From: a virus
Taxonomy: Duplodnaviria > Heunggongvirae > Uroviricota > Caudoviricetes
DNA length: 43,220 bases
Reading direction: 5' to 3' (one strand)
IMG/VR virus record: IMGVR_UViG_2563366806_000003
The position numbers were made by a program, and so were the translations under genes. Shown piece by piece: positions 16,514-26,819 of this stretch. Each line of letters opens with the position of its first letter. The first letter of the stretch is position 1. The notes beneath the pieces were generated by a model that made no database searches, was not told the DNA's origin, and was given only the letters and a program-made list of their open reading frames with translations.

Positions 16514-16990
16514 ATGCAGGCACTAAATTCCCAGCGTAAAGCTTTCCTGGATATGGTGGCATGGTCAGAAGGAACGGATAACGGGCGACAACCGACACGT
16601 AACCACGGTTATGATGTTATTGTTGGTGGCGAACTGTTCACTGATTACTCCGATCACCCTCGCAAACTTGTCACGCTAAACCCCAAACTCAAATCAACAG
16701 CCGCCGGACGTTACCAGCTTCTTTCACGCTGGTGGGATGCTTACCGTAAACAGCTTGGCCTGAAAGATTTTTCTCCAGAAAGCCAGGACGCTGTAGCTCT
16801 GCAACAGATTAAAGAGCGTGGCGCTTTACCGATGATTGACCGCGGTGATATTCGTCAGGCAATCGACCGTTGCAGCAATATCTGGGCTTCACTGCCGGGC
16901 GCTGGTTATGGCCAGTTCGAGCATAAGGCTGACAGCCTGATTGCAAAATTCAAAGAGGCTGGCGGAACGGTCAGAGAGATTGAGGTATGA
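16514..16990 (+). CDS. R: Endolysin, lambda R-type lytic transglycosylase
   Basis: Near-identical over most of its length to lambda R as recalled (…[22 protein letters not shown]…[35 protein letters not shown]…). Confidence 0.95.
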   Translation: MQALNSQRKAFLDMVAWSEGTDNGRQPTRNHGYDVIVGGELFTDYSDHPRKLVTLNPKLKSTAAGRYQLLSRWWDAYRKQLGLKDFSPESQDAVALQQIKERGALPMIDRGDIRQAIDRCSNIWASLPGAGYGQFEHKADSLIAKFKEAGGTVREIEV

Positions 16991-17424
16991 GCAGAGTCAC
17001 CGCGATTATCTCCGCTCTGGTTATCTGCATCATCGTCTGCCTGTCATGGGCTGTTAATCATTACCGTGATAACGCCATGACCTACAAAGAGCAGCGCGAT
17101 AAAGCCACATCCATAATCGCTGACATGCAGGAGCGTCAACGTGACGTAGCAGAACTCGACGCCAGATACACAAAGGAGCTTGCTGATGCTAACTCGACTA
17201 TCGAAAGTCTTCGTGCTGATGTTTCTGCTGGGCGTAAGCGCCTGCAAGTCGCCGCCACCTGTGCAAAGTCAACGACCGGAGCCAGCAGCATGGGCGATGG
17301 AGAAAGCCCAAGACTTACAGCAGATGCTGAACTCAATTATTACCGTCTCCGAAGTGGAATCGACAAGATAACCGCGCAGGTTAACTACCTGCAGGAATAC
17401 ATCAGGACGCAATGCCTGAAATAA
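16987..17424 (+). CDS. Rz: Rz i-spanin
   Basis: [30 protein letters not shown]… matches the lambda Rz N-terminus; ATGA overlap with R. Confidence 0.9.
   Translation: MSRVTAIISALVICIIVCLSWAVNHYRDNAMTYKEQRDKATSIIADMQERQRDVAELDARYTKELADANSTIESLRADVSAGRKRLQVAATCAKSTTGASSMGDGESPRLTADAELNYYRLRSGIDKITAQVNYLQEYIRTQCLK
17180..17371 (+). CDS. Rz1: Rz1 o-spanin lipoprotein, embedded in the +1 frame of Rz
   Basis: Lipobox LLGVSAC followed by a Pro-rich segment ([13 protein letters not shown]), wholly inside Rz in another frame. Confidence 0.85.
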   Translation: MLMLTRLSKVFVLMFLLGVSACKSPPPVQSQRPEPAAWAMEKAQDLQQMLNSIITVSEVESTR

Positions 17425-17629
17425 TTTTTTTGCAAATCACAAAGTCAATTTAATGAGCCTCGCGATGCGGGGCTTTTTTTACATCTGAATTTCACAGCGC
17501 ATCTCACGCGCATATTACATCACCCGAGCCTTTCAGAAAGTTGAGCCTGAGAACTGCCGTATATGGTGGCGACCATCTCGGGGCGGCTTTTCTGTGAGAC
17601 AGGCTCACTTTCTAAAAGGTAAAGACGCT

Positions 17630-18148
17630 ATGAATCATCAATTGGCTAATCTCGATTTCCGGGACATGGTGGTTGTTTCTGGTGATCGCGTGATCACAAC
17701 CTCCCGCAAGGTAGCAGCTTACTTCGACAAGCAGCATCACCACATCATTCAGAAAATCGAAAAGCTAGACTGTTCGGATGAATTTCTAACCAGCAACTTT
17801 TCGCGGGTTACCTATGAACACAAGGGTAATCAGTATGTTGAATATGAAATTTCCAAAGACGGTGCGATGTACATCATCATGTCGTTTACCGGCAAAAAAG
17901 CTGCCGCCATCAAAGAGGCGTTTATCAAAGCATTTAATTGGATGCGTGACAGGCTGATGGAGATGGCTCACTCATACCAAAGAGAGCACAACGAGTTAAT
18001 GCTGGAGTTCATGAAGGAAAAGGATGTTGCCAGTATGTCAGGACGCTTGCTGAACCGCTGGGGCAGGATCAAAAAACCGCAACTCATAGCAAGAATAGAA
18101 AGGCTTGAGCAGCAGGCGCAAATATCGATCCCCGGACTGCCAAAGTGA
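17630..18148 (+). CDS. Rha-family phage regulatory protein (antirepressor-like)
   Basis: MNHQLANLDFRDMVVVSGDRVITTSRKVAAYFDKQHHHIIQKIEKL… is a typical Rha N-terminal domain. Confidence 0.7.
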   Translation: MNHQLANLDFRDMVVVSGDRVITTSRKVAAYFDKQHHHIIQKIEKLDCSDEFLTSNFSRVTYEHKGNQYVEYEISKDGAMYIIMSFTGKKAAAIKEAFIKAFNWMRDRLMEMAHSYQREHNELMLEFMKEKDVASMSGRLLNRWGRIKKPQLIARIERLEQQAQISIPGLPK

Positions 18149-18381
18149 CCATTCCAAAGCCCAACGGTGATGTTCTCAGAAAAATCGAGCAGGTTAAGGA
18201 TGATTGCTCGCGTGAGTTTAGCCAACGCAATTTTGCGTCGGCTTATTATATCGATGAGCAGACCAAAGAGTTCTTAGCCGAGCTGGAGAAAAACCACGAA
18301 TCTGTGGTTTTTACTGAGCGCGGCGCCCAAGCCAGTTTTTTTTGCATTACGGCAGTACTTCGAAACAACCCAAGCCAGTAA
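18145..18381 (+). CDS. Hypothetical protein, 78 aa
   Basis: ATGA-coupled to the Rha-like gene. Confidence 0.4.
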   Translation: MTIPKPNGDVLRKIEQVKDDCSREFSQRNFASAYYIDEQTKEFLAELEKNHESVVFTERGAQASFFCITAVLRNNPSQ

Positions 18382-18635
18382 GTGGGGAAATAACACTGGC
18401 AGCCACTGAAAGATGAACCTCCAGCCTTATGGCAAAAAAGATTCTTTGTGGTGGCGGACTGATGGAAAGACATCGGTTATTGCAGAGACCATTCAATGAG
18501 TGGTCTCGACAATGGCTTATACCCTACACGGGATAACTTAACTGATATCCCTTTTAACGGATAAACGGAGCCAACAATGGCAGAGAATGTCGGCATTATG
18601 GCAGTGAAATTTGGATAAATCGGAGATTAGTACAT

Positions 18636-18986
18636 ATGCCGCCACGAATCCCAAAAGCCTGCCGTGTTCGCGGTTGCCGCCATACCACCACAGATCCGTC
18701 AGGCTATTGTGAAAGCCACAAAAGCGAAGGCTGGACGCAATATAAGCCAGGTCAGTCCCGTCACCAGCGCGGTTATGGTTCGAAGTGGGACGTTATCCGC
18801 GCGCGTGTGCTGAAGCGTGACAAAGGCCTGTGCCAGTTGTGCCTGCGTGCCGGTGTGGTACGTGAGGCGAAAACCGTTGACCACATCATCCCTAAAGCGC
18901 ATGGCGGCACAGATGCCGACAGCAATCTGCAGAGCCTGTGCTGGCCGTGCCATAAGGCGAAGACGGCCCGTGAACGGCTAAAGTGA
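18636..18986 (+). CDS. HNH endonuclease (terminase-associated)
   Basis: …VDHIIPKAHGGTDADSNLQSLCWPCHKAK… HNH motif; immediately upstream of the terminase small subunit as in HK97-like cos phages. Confidence 0.85.
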   Translation: MPPRIPKACRVRGCRHTTTDPSGYCESHKSEGWTQYKPGQSRHQRGYGSKWDVIRARVLKRDKGLCQLCLRAGVVREAKTVDHIIPKAHGGTDADSNLQSLCWPCHKAKTARERLK

Positions 18987-19111
18987 TAATAATTCTCAAC
19001 TGTCTGAGGGGAGGGGCGGGTCAAATCCCTGTGACCTGACGTCTTCCGGACTGCCCGCCCCATCGTTTTTTTATACCCGCGAAAAATGAAATTTAACCAG
19101 GAGTGCCGCAT
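18987..19111. other. HNH-TerS intergenic region, candidate cos site / terminator
   Basis: GC-rich inverted repeat ggggcggg (19013-19020) / cccgcccc (19054-19061) followed by a T-run; this is the position of cos in HK97-like genomes. Confidence 0.3.
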
Positions 19112-19606
19112 ATGGCTGGAACGGCGGGGCGTTCCGGGCGTCGCCCCAAGCCAACGGCGCGCAAGGCGCTGTCCGGAAACCCCGGCAAGCGAGCCCTGAA
19201 CAAAGATGAACCTGTTTTTACGCCCATCAAAGGTGTTGAGCCACCGGAGTGGTTCGCTGAAGAGGATCTCCCTCTCGCCACGATCATGTGGCAACTGACA
19301 ACCAAAGAACTCTGCGGTCAGGGCCTGCTGTGCGTGACTGACCTGGCGGTACTTGAGCGGTGGTGCGTGGCCTATGAGTTCTGGCGACGTGCCGTGAAAA
19401 ATATTGCCAGACAGGGCAACACCATCACCGGTGCAATGGGCGGTATGGTCAAAAATCCGGAGCTGACCGCCAAGAAAGAACAGGAGTCCGAGATGAGCAG
19501 CACGGGGGCAATGCTCGGACTCGACCCCAGCAGCCGCCAGCGTCTGATTGGCCTGGCGGGGCAGAAGAAAGCCGCTAACCCGTTTCTGAAAATCAGAGAA
19601 TCATGA
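19112..19606 (+). CDS. Terminase small subunit (P27 family)
   Basis: [14 protein letters not shown]… N-terminus typical of P27-family TerS; AGGAG 8 nt upstream of the ATG. Confidence 0.8.
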   Translation: MAGTAGRSGRRPKPTARKALSGNPGKRALNKDEPVFTPIKGVEPPEWFAEEDLPLATIMWQLTTKELCGQGLLCVTDLAVLERWCVAYEFWRRAVKNIARQGNTITGAMGGMVKNPELTAKKEQESEMSSTGAMLGLDPSSRQRLIGLAGQKKAANPFLKIRES

Positions 19607-21336
19607 GCCGGAAATCTTACCCCAACGTAAATGCTGCCAATCAGTATGCCCGGGATGTCGTGCGCGGAAAGATTGTGGCCTGCCAGTTTGTGATTCAGTC
19701 CTGCCAGCGCCATCTTGATGACCTGATGGCGGAAAAAAGTAAGTCGTTTCGTTACCGCTTCGACAAGGACCTGGCTGAACGGGCCGCAAAATTTATTCAG
19801 CTGTTGCCGCACACCAAGGGGGAGTGGGCATTCAAACGGATGCCCATCACGCTGGAGCCGTGGCAGCTCTTTGTGATCTGCTGTGCGTTTGGCTGGGTCA
19901 ATAAAGGTACCCGGCTGCGCCGCTTCCGGGAGGTGTATACCGAAATCCCCCGTAAGAACGGCAAATCGGCAATCTCTGCCGGTGTCGCCCTGTATTGTTT
20001 TGCCTGTGATAACGAGTTTGGCGCGGAAGTGTATTCCGGTGCCACGACAGAGAAACAGGCGTGGGAAGTCTTTCGCCCGGCGCGACTGATGTGTAAACGC
20101 ACGCCCATGCTGACGGAAGCGTTCGGGATTGAGGTTAACGCCTCAAACATGAACCGTCCGGAGGATGGCGCGCGGTTTGAACCGCTGATCGGTAACCCCG
20201 GTGATGGTTCATCGCCCCACTGTGCGGTGGTGGATGAATATCACGAGCACGCCACCGATGCGCTTTATACCACGATGCTTACCGGGATGGGGGCGCGACG
20301 TCAGCCACTGATGTGGGCTATCACCACCGCCGGGTACAACATTGAGGGGCCGTGCTACGACAAGCGGCGGGAAGTTATCGAGATGCTCAACGGTTCGGTA
20401 CCCAACGATGAACTGTTCGGGATCATCTATACCGTTGATGAAGGTGACGACTGGACCGACCCGCAGGTGCTGGAAAAAGCCAATCCAAATATTGGCGTGT
20501 CGGTTTATCGCGAATTTTTGTTAAGTCAGCAGCAGCGTGCGAAAAATAACGCCCGTCTGGCAAACGTCTTTAAAACAAAACACCTCAATATCTGGGTGTC
20601 GGCGCGTTCGGCGTATTTCAACCTGGTGAGCTGGCAGAGCTGCGAGGATAAATCACTGTCCCTTGAGCAGTTCGAGGGGCAGCCATGCATTCTGGCCTTT
20701 GACCTGGCGCGTAAGCTGGATATGAACAGCATGGCGCGACTTTATACCCGCGAGATTGACGGTAAAACGCATTACTACAGTGTGGCCCCGCGTTTCTGGG
20801 TACCGTATGACACGGTGTACAGCGTCGAGAAAAATGAAGATCGACGGACAGCCGAACGCTTTCAGAAATGGGTGGAAATGGGCGTTCTGACCGTTACCGA
20901 TGGTGCGGAAGTGGATTATCGCTACATCCTCGAGGAGGCCAAAGCGGCGAACAAAATCAGCCCGGTCAGTGAGTCACCCATCGACCCCTTCGGGGCGACC
21001 GGGTTGTCACATGACCTTGCTGATGAAGACCTGAATCCCGTCACTATCGTCCAGAACTTCACCAATATGTCCGACCCGATGAAAGAGCTGGAAGCGGCGA
21101 TTGAATCGGGACGTTTTCATCATGACGGCAATCCCATCATGACCTGGTGTATCGGCAACGTGGTCGGCAAAACCATTCCGGGTAACGATGATGTGGTGAA
21201 GCCCGTCAAAGAGCAGGCGGAAAACAAAATCGATGGTGCAGTTGCGCTGATTATGGCGGTTGGCAGAGCCATGCTGTACGAGAAAGAAGACACGCTGTCT
21301 GACCACATTGAGTCCTATGGGATCCGCTCGCTTTAA
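19603..21336 (+). CDS. Terminase large subunit
   Basis: 577-aa protein with ATPase Walker-type region (…IPRKNGKSA…), a …AVVDEYHEH… motif and a C-terminal nuclease region; coupled to TerS. Confidence 0.9.
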   Translation: MSRKSYPNVNAANQYARDVVRGKIVACQFVIQSCQRHLDDLMAEKSKSFRYRFDKDLAERAAKFIQLLPHTKGEWAFKRMPITLEPWQLFVICCAFGWVNKGTRLRRFREVYTEIPRKNGKSAISAGVALYCFACDNEFGAEVYSGATTEKQAWEVFRPARLMCKRTPMLTEAFGIEVNASNMNRPEDGARFEPLIGNPGDGSSPHCAVVDEYHEHATDALYTTMLTGMGARRQPLMWAITTAGYNIEGPCYDKRREVIEMLNGSVPNDELFGIIYTVDEGDDWTDPQVLEKANPNIGVSVYREFLLSQQQRAKNNARLANVFKTKHLNIWVSARSAYFNLVSWQSCEDKSLSLEQFEGQPCILAFDLARKLDMNSMARLYTREIDGKTHYYSVAPRFWVPYDTVYSVEKNEDRRTAERFQKWVEMGVLTVTDGAEVDYRYILEEAKAANKISPVSESPIDPFGATGLSHDLADEDLNPVTIVQNFTNMSDPMKELEAAIESGRFHHDGNPIMTWCIGNVVGKTIPGNDDVVKPVKEQAENKIDGAVALIMAVGRAMLYEKEDTLSDHIESYGIRSL

Positions 21337-21347
21337 CTGAGGTAATT

Positions 21348-21530
21348 ATGATCATGCTGATTCTCGCGCCTCTGGTGGGCGTGCTGGGGGCGCTTTTGCT
21401 GGCGTATGGTGCCTGGCTGATTTATCCCCCGGCGGGGTTTGTTGTTGCCGGGGCGTTGTGCCTGTTCTGGTCGTGGCTGGTGGCGCGATATCTCGACCGT
21501 ACACAGTCGTCTGCCGGCGGAGGTAAATAG
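21348..21530 (+). CDS. Small hydrophobic protein, 60 aa
   Basis: GAGGT RBS; predicted membrane helices; between terminase and portal. Confidence 0.3.
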   Translation: MIMLILAPLVGVLGALLLAYGAWLIYPPAGFVVAGALCLFWSWLVARYLDRTQSSAGGGK

Positions 21531-22771
21531 TGTTCTTTTCGGGATTATTTCAACGAAAAAGTGACGCACCGGTGACCACGCCAGCAGAGCTGGCGGATGC
21601 TATCGGGTTGTCCTACGACACCTATACCGGAAAGCAGATCAGCAGCCAGCGGGCCATGCGACTGACGGCGGTTTTTTCCTGTGTCAGGGTGCTGGCGGAG
21701 TCGGTCGGGATGTTGCCCTGCAACCTGTATCACCTGAACGGCAGCCTGAAGCAGAGAGCCACTGGCGAACGTCTGCATAAGCTGATCTCCACGCATCCCA
21801 ATGGCTATATGACGCCGCAGGAGTTCTGGGAGCTGGTGGTCACCTGTCTGTGCCTGCGGGGAAACTTTTACGCCTACAAAGTGAAAGCATTTGGCGAAGT
21901 GGCTGAACTGCTGCCCGTCGATCCCGGCAGTGTGGTACCGAAGCTTAACAGTAGCTGGGAGCCGGTCTATCAGGTCACATTCCCGGATGGCTCCACGGAT
22001 GTACTGAGCCAGGAGGATATCTGGCATGTGCGCACGCTGACGCTGGACGGACTGGTGGGGCTGAATCCCATCGCCTATGCCCGCGAGGCAATATCGCTGG
22101 CGGCAGCGACCGAAGAGCACGGGGCCAGACTGTTCAGCAATGGCGCGGTGACGTCGGGTGTGTTGCGTACAGAGCAGACGCTGTCAGATCAGGCTTATGA
22201 GCGCCTGAAGAAAGATTTTGAGGAGCGTCACACCGGGCTTGGCAATGCTCACCGCCCGATGATCCTTGAGATGGGGCTGGACTGGAAGTCGATGGCGCTG
22301 AACGCCGAGGACAGCCAGTTCCTGGAAACCCGCAAGTTTCAGCTTGAAGAAATCTGTCGTCTGTTCCGGGTGCCGTTGCACATGGTGCAGAACACCGATC
22401 GCGCCACCTTCAACAATATCGAAGAGCTGGGGCTGGGATTTATCAACTATTCACTGGTGCCGTATCTGACCCGCATCGAACAGCGGATCAACACCGGACT
22501 GGTACGAAAAAGTAAGCAGGGCGTTTATTACGCCAAATTTAACGCCGGGGCGTTACTGCGCGGGGATATGAAGTCCCGTTTTGAAGCCTACGCCACCGGG
22601 ATTAACTGGGGAATTTACTCTCCCAATGACTGCCGCGACCTGGAAGATATGAATCCGCGTCCCGGTGGTGATGTCTATCTCACACCGATGAACATGACCA
22701 CGAAACCCTCCGATGGCAGTAAAGCCGGTAAGCAGAAGGATAACGCCAATGCAGACGAAACAACGTCTTGA
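21530..22771 (+). CDS. Portal protein (HK97 family)
   Basis: 413-aa protein, size, position and sequence character of HK97-type portals; GTG start after GGAGG. Confidence 0.85.
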   Translation: MFFSGLFQRKSDAPVTTPAELADAIGLSYDTYTGKQISSQRAMRLTAVFSCVRVLAESVGMLPCNLYHLNGSLKQRATGERLHKLISTHPNGYMTPQEFWELVVTCLCLRGNFYAYKVKAFGEVAELLPVDPGSVVPKLNSSWEPVYQVTFPDGSTDVLSQEDIWHVRTLTLDGLVGLNPIAYAREAISLAAATEEHGARLFSNGAVTSGVLRTEQTLSDQAYERLKKDFEERHTGLGNAHRPMILEMGLDWKSMALNAEDSQFLETRKFQLEEICRLFRVPLHMVQNTDRATFNNIEELGLGFINYSLVPYLTRIEQRINTGLVRKSKQGVYYAKFNAGALLRGDMKSRFEAYATGINWGIYSPNDCRDLEDMNPRPGGDVYLTPMNMTTKPSDGSKAGKQKDNANADETTS

Positions 22772-23399
22772 TGTACCGCTGAGTCTGAAATCTGTCAGTG
22801 ACTCCGGTGAGTTTGAAGGGTATGGCTCCGTCTTTGGTGTAAAGGACAGCCACGATGATGTGGTGATGTCCGGGGCATTTGCTGCTTCCCTGCGGGCGTG
22901 GAGTGACAGAAAAGCGTTACCTGCGCTGCTCTGGCAGCACCGCATGGATGAGCCCATCGGAGTTTACACCGAAATGAAGGAAGACGATGTCGGGCTTTAC
23001 GTCAGGGGGCGGTTGCTCATTGATGATGATCCCCTGGCAAAACGCGCACATGCACACATGAAGGCCGGTTCGTTAACCGGCCTTTCTATTGGGTACGTCC
23101 TGAAAGACTGGGAATACGACCGGACGAAAGAAGCCTTTTTGCTGAAAGAAATCGACCTCTGGGAAGTCAGTCTGGTGACGTTTCCGTCTAACGACGAGGC
23201 GCGGATCAGCGACGTCAAGAACGCGCTGGCCCGCGGGGAAATCCCTGAACAGAAAAAAATCGAAAGAGTCCTGCGTGATGTCGGACTCTCCCGTACCCAG
23301 GCCAAAGCATTCATGGCCGGGGGCTATGGCGCACTGTCCCTGCGCGACGCTGAGGATGTGGGCTCTGCACTGAATGCACTGAAAAATCTGAACTTCTAA
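22749..23399 (+). CDS. Prohead protease (HK97 family)
   Basis: …GYGSVFGVKDSHDDVVMSGAF… pattern; between portal and major capsid genes; internal ATG after an AAGGA RBS. Confidence 0.8.
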   Translation: MQTKQRLDVPLSLKSVSDSGEFEGYGSVFGVKDSHDDVVMSGAFAASLRAWSDRKALPALLWQHRMDEPIGVYTEMKEDDVGLYVRGRLLIDDDPLAKRAHAHMKAGSLTGLSIGYVLKDWEYDRTKEAFLLKEIDLWEVSLVTFPSNDEARISDVKNALARGEIPEQKKIERVLRDVGLSRTQAKAFMAGGYGALSLRDAEDVGSALNALKNLNF

Positions 23400-23413
23400 T
23401 CAGGAGAAATACG

Positions 23414-24619
23414 ATGGCGGTTGATATTAAAGATGTGGAACAGGTCGCGCAGGAGCTGCAGCAGAAGTTTGACGACTTCAAGGCAAAGAACGACAAGCGC
23501 GTGGATGCGATTGAGCAGGAAAAAGGCAAACTTGCCGGGCAGGTGGAAACCCTGAACGGGAAACTCAGCGAGCTGGAAAATCTCAAAAGCGATCTTGAAA
23601 AAGAGCTGCTTGAGCTGAAACGTCCGGCAGGTGGTGTGCAAAATAAACTGGCCACTGAGCATAAAGAAGCGTTTGTGGGCTTTCTGCGTAAAGGCCGTGA
23701 AGACGGTCTGCGCGATCTGGAGCGCAAGGCATTACAGGTGGGCACCGATGAAGACGGTGGCTATGCCGTGCCGGAAGCACTGGATCGCAACATTCTCACC
23801 CTGCTGAAAGATGAAGTGGTGATGCGCCAGGAAGCTACGGTGATCACTGTTGGCGGTTCCGACTACAAAAAACTGGTGAATCTGGGCGGTACGGCTTCCG
23901 GATGGGTGGGGGAAACGGATACGCGATCCCAGACTGCCACCTCCAGACTGGAGCTGATTGAACCTCTCATGGGGGAAATTTACGGCAACCCGCAGGCTAC
24001 CCAGAAAATGCTGGACGATGCCTTCTTCAACGTGGAGGCCTGGATCAACAGCGAGCTGGCAACCGAATTTGCCGAACAGGAAGAAATTGCCTTTACCTCA
24101 GGCGATGGCACCAAGAAGCCGAAAGGGTTCCTGGCGTATGAATCCACTGATGAAAACGACAAGGTCCGGGCGTTCGGCAAACTTCAGCATATTGTATCCG
24201 GCGAAGCGACCGCGGTGACCGCAGACGCCATTATCAAACTGATTTACACGCTGCGTAAGGCACACCGCACTGGCGCGAAGTTCATGATGAACAACAACAG
24301 CCTGTTTGCCATCCGTCTGCTGAAAGACACCGAGGGTAACTATCTGTGGCGTCCGGGGCTGGAACTGGGGCAGCCGTCCTCTCTGGCGGGTTACGGTATC
24401 GCTGAAAACGAACAGATGCCGGATATCGCCGCTGATGCGAAAGCCATTGCATTTGGTAACTTCAAACGGGGTTACACCATCGTTGACCGTATCGGCACCC
24501 GCATTCTGCGTGACCCGTACACCAATAAACCGTTTGTCGGTTTTTATACCACCAAGCGCACCGGCGGGATGCTGGTCGATTCGCAGGCCATCAAACTGCT
24601 GAAGATTGCAGCGGCGTAA
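23414..24619 (+). CDS. Major capsid protein (HK97 fold) with N-terminal coiled-coil delta domain
   Basis: 401 aa; N-terminal coiled coil followed by a capsid domain; follows the prohead protease. Confidence 0.9.
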   Translation: MAVDIKDVEQVAQELQQKFDDFKAKNDKRVDAIEQEKGKLAGQVETLNGKLSELENLKSDLEKELLELKRPAGGVQNKLATEHKEAFVGFLRKGREDGLRDLERKALQVGTDEDGGYAVPEALDRNILTLLKDEVVMRQEATVITVGGSDYKKLVNLGGTASGWVGETDTRSQTATSRLELIEPLMGEIYGNPQATQKMLDDAFFNVEAWINSELATEFAEQEEIAFTSGDGTKKPKGFLAYESTDENDKVRAFGKLQHIVSGEATAVTADAIIKLIYTLRKAHRTGAKFMMNNNSLFAIRLLKDTEGNYLWRPGLELGQPSSLAGYGIAENEQMPDIAADAKAIAFGNFKRGYTIVDRIGTRILRDPYTNKPFVGFYTTKRTGGMLVDSQAIKLLKIAAA

Positions 24620-24668
24620 TCACTCAGGGGCGTGGAACCGCGCCCCCTGTTCTGACGGGTGAAGAATC

Positions 24669-24860
24669 ATGATCCTGAAACAAGATCTGAAATGGTCACC
24701 GGACGGTATGCGTGTTGAGGTCATTCGGGCCGGTGAGTATGACGACGGGGCGCTTCCTGCCCGGGTGCAGGAGATTGCACTTCAGGCCGGGTTAGCAGAG
24801 CGCGGAACCAGTGCAAAAAGCAGTAAAGCGACAAAAGAGAAAAAAAGCCACGACCAGTAA
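24669..24860 (+). CDS. Hypothetical small head-module protein, 63 aa
   Basis: ORF after a GC hairpin downstream of the capsid gene. Confidence 0.3.
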   Translation: MILKQDLKWSPDGMRVEVIRAGEYDDGALPARVQEIALQAGLAERGTSAKSSKATKEKKSHDQ

Positions 24861-24872
24861 AGAGGGCTGAGT

Positions 24873-25196
24873 ATGCTTCTGACAATGGAAGAGATTAAAG
24901 CCCAACTCAGGCTGGATGAGGATTTCGATGCTGATGACCGCCATCTGCAACTGCTGGCCTGTGCGGCGCAAAAGCGGACGGAAACGTATCTGAACCGGAA
25001 GCTCTATGCTCCGGATGAAACCATTCCGGACAGCGATCCGGACGGGCTGCACCTGCCGGATGATATTCGTCTGGGGATGCTGATGCTTATCAGCCATTTT
25101 TACGAAAACCGCTCGTCGGTTACGGAAGTGGAGAAACTCGACATGCCGCAGAGTTTTGGCTGGCTTGTCGGCCCGTACAGGTACTTTCCGCAATGA
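24873..25196 (+). CDS. Head-tail connector (gp6-like)
   Basis: MLLTMEEIKAQLRLDEDFDADD… is typical of gp6-like head-tail connector proteins. Confidence 0.6.
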   Translation: MLLTMEEIKAQLRLDEDFDADDRHLQLLACAAQKRTETYLNRKLYAPDETIPDSDPDGLHLPDDIRLGMLMLISHFYENRSSVTEVEKLDMPQSFGWLVGPYRYFPQ

Positions 25197-25603
25197 AAAT
25201 TCGTCAGGCGCAGACCAGCGCAACCTACATTCTGCCGGACCCCGGTGAACTGAATAAACGCGTCCTGATCCGCCAGCGGGTGGATATGCCCGCGGATAAC
25301 TTTGGCGTGGATCCTCAATACCCGGTTGCGTTCCGGACATGGGCGAAGGTTGTCCAGACCAGTGCCACCACCTGGCAGGAAACCGCGCAGACCGGGGACG
25401 CCATCACCCATTACATCACCATTCGTTACCGCCGGGGGATCACCGCTGATTATGAGGTGGTCTGCGGTGACAGTGTGTACCGGGTGAAACGTCAGCGCGA
25501 TCTGAACGGGGCGCGGCGCTTTCTGCTGCTGGAGTGTACGGAACTGGGCGAATTTACGCAGAGTCACGGAGGCAGCAATGGCGACTCCCTTTTTTCACGT
25601 TGA
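25193..25603 (+). CDS. Head closure / head-tail adaptor protein
   Basis: Size and position after the gp6-like gene; ATGA coupling. Confidence 0.5.
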   Translation: MKIRQAQTSATYILPDPGELNKRVLIRQRVDMPADNFGVDPQYPVAFRTWAKVVQTSATTWQETAQTGDAITHYITIRYRRGITADYEVVCGDSVYRVKRQRDLNGARRFLLLECTELGEFTQSHGGSNGDSLFSR

Positions 25604-26084
25604 TGTTCAGCAGCCCGCGGAGATGCGCTTTAACCGTGCCCGTGTCCGGCGGGCGTTTGTCACGATTGGGCAGCGTCATATGCGTGATGCCCGTCGGCTG
25701 GTGATGCGCCGTGCGCGGTCGGCACCGGGTGAAAACCCCGGTTATCAGACCGGACGCCTGGCTCGTTCGATTGGTTACATGGTGCCGAGAGCCAGTAAAA
25801 AGCGAGCCGGTTTTATGACACGCATTGCCCCTAACCAGCGCAACGGGAAGGGGAACCGGATGATCTCTGGTGACTTCTATCCGGCGTTTCTGTTTTTTGG
25901 TGTCCGGGGAGGAGCAAAGCGTCGTCGCAGCCATCATCGTGGTGCATCCGGTGGCAGCGGCTGGCGACTGGCTCCACGTAATAACTTTATGGTGGAAACG
26001 CTTGAAAAGAACCGCAGCTGGACACGCTATTTTCTGGCGCGGGAATTACGTAAATCACTGAAGCCGGAGCGACGACACAGATGA
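25578..26084 (+). CDS. HK97 gp10-like tail-component protein
   Basis: Basic, about 170 aa, position consistent with this family. Confidence 0.45.
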   Translation: MATPFFHVDVQQPAEMRFNRARVRRAFVTIGQRHMRDARRLVMRRARSAPGENPGYQTGRLARSIGYMVPRASKKRAGFMTRIAPNQRNGKGNRMISGDFYPAFLFFGVRGGAKRRRSHHRGASGGSGWRLAPRNNFMVETLEKNRSWTRYFLARELRKSLKPERRHR

Positions 26085-26641
26085 AACTGACGCCTGTTAT
26101 TGCTGCGCTGCGTGCCCGCTGCCCGTATTTTGAAAACCGGGTGGCAGGCGCGGCACAGTTCAAAAATCTGCCGGAGGTCGGAAAGCTGAGACTCCCGGCG
26201 GCGTATGTGGTACCGGGTGATGACTCTCCGGGAGAAAACAAAAGCCAGACCGACTACTGGCAGGAGCTGAAAGAGGGCTTCTCCGTGGTTGTCATACTGA
26301 GTAACGGGCGTGATGAGCGCGGTCAGTTTGCTTCGTATGATGTGGTGGACGATGTCCGGCAGATGCTCTTTAAGGCCCTGCTGGGCTGGAACCCGGAAGC
26401 GTGCGGTAACCCGATTACCTATGACGGCGGCACGCTGCTGGATCTGAATCGTCATGAACTGATTTATCAGTTCGATTTTTCGGTCATCAGCGAGCTGACC
26501 GAAGACGATACCCGCCAGCAGGATGACCTGAACAGTCTGGATGAACTGCGAACGCTGGCGATTGATGTTGATTATCTCGATCCCGGTAACGGGCCTGACG
26601 GCGATATCGAACATCACACCGAAATAACCCTTCCTTCCTGA
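26081..26641 (+). CDS. Tail completion / tail-associated protein (Mu-like module)
   Basis: ATGA-coupled; precedes the DUF2635-like and sheath genes. Confidence 0.4.
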   Translation: MKLTPVIAALRARCPYFENRVAGAAQFKNLPEVGKLRLPAAYVVPGDDSPGENKSQTDYWQELKEGFSVVVILSNGRDERGQFASYDVVDDVRQMLFKALLGWNPEACGNPITYDGGTLLDLNRHELIYQFDFSVISELTEDDTRQQDDLNSLDELRTLAIDVDYLDPGNGPDGDIEHHTEITLPS

Positions 26642-26649
26642 GAATCTTC

Positions 26650-26819
26650 ATGTTTGTGAAACCTGTTAAAGGGCGGTCAGTGCCTGACCCTGCCCGCGGT
26701 GACCTTTTGCCCACCGAAGGGCGAAATGTTGATGAGAACAACTACTGGCTGCGCCGTGAAGCAGCGGGTGATATCCGGCGCGTGAATAAAAAGGTGAACA
26801 CCGATGACGATAAGCTTTA
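26650..26819 (+). CDS. DUF2635-like small protein preceding the tail sheath gene
   Basis: MFVKPVKGRSVPDPARGDLLPTEGRNVDENNYWLRR… resembles DUF2635 proteins found before Mu-like sheath genes; 56 aa, below the track cutoff. Confidence 0.45.

Noticed and set aside
21545-22120. 191-aa antisense ORF within the portal gene (similar cases at 24792-25340, 25100-25567, 26027-26617, 27611-28027, 32196-32693, 33012-33350, 34423-34881)
   Set aside because: Long antisense frames inside high-GC, well-supported structural genes; biased composition and no independent expression signals.
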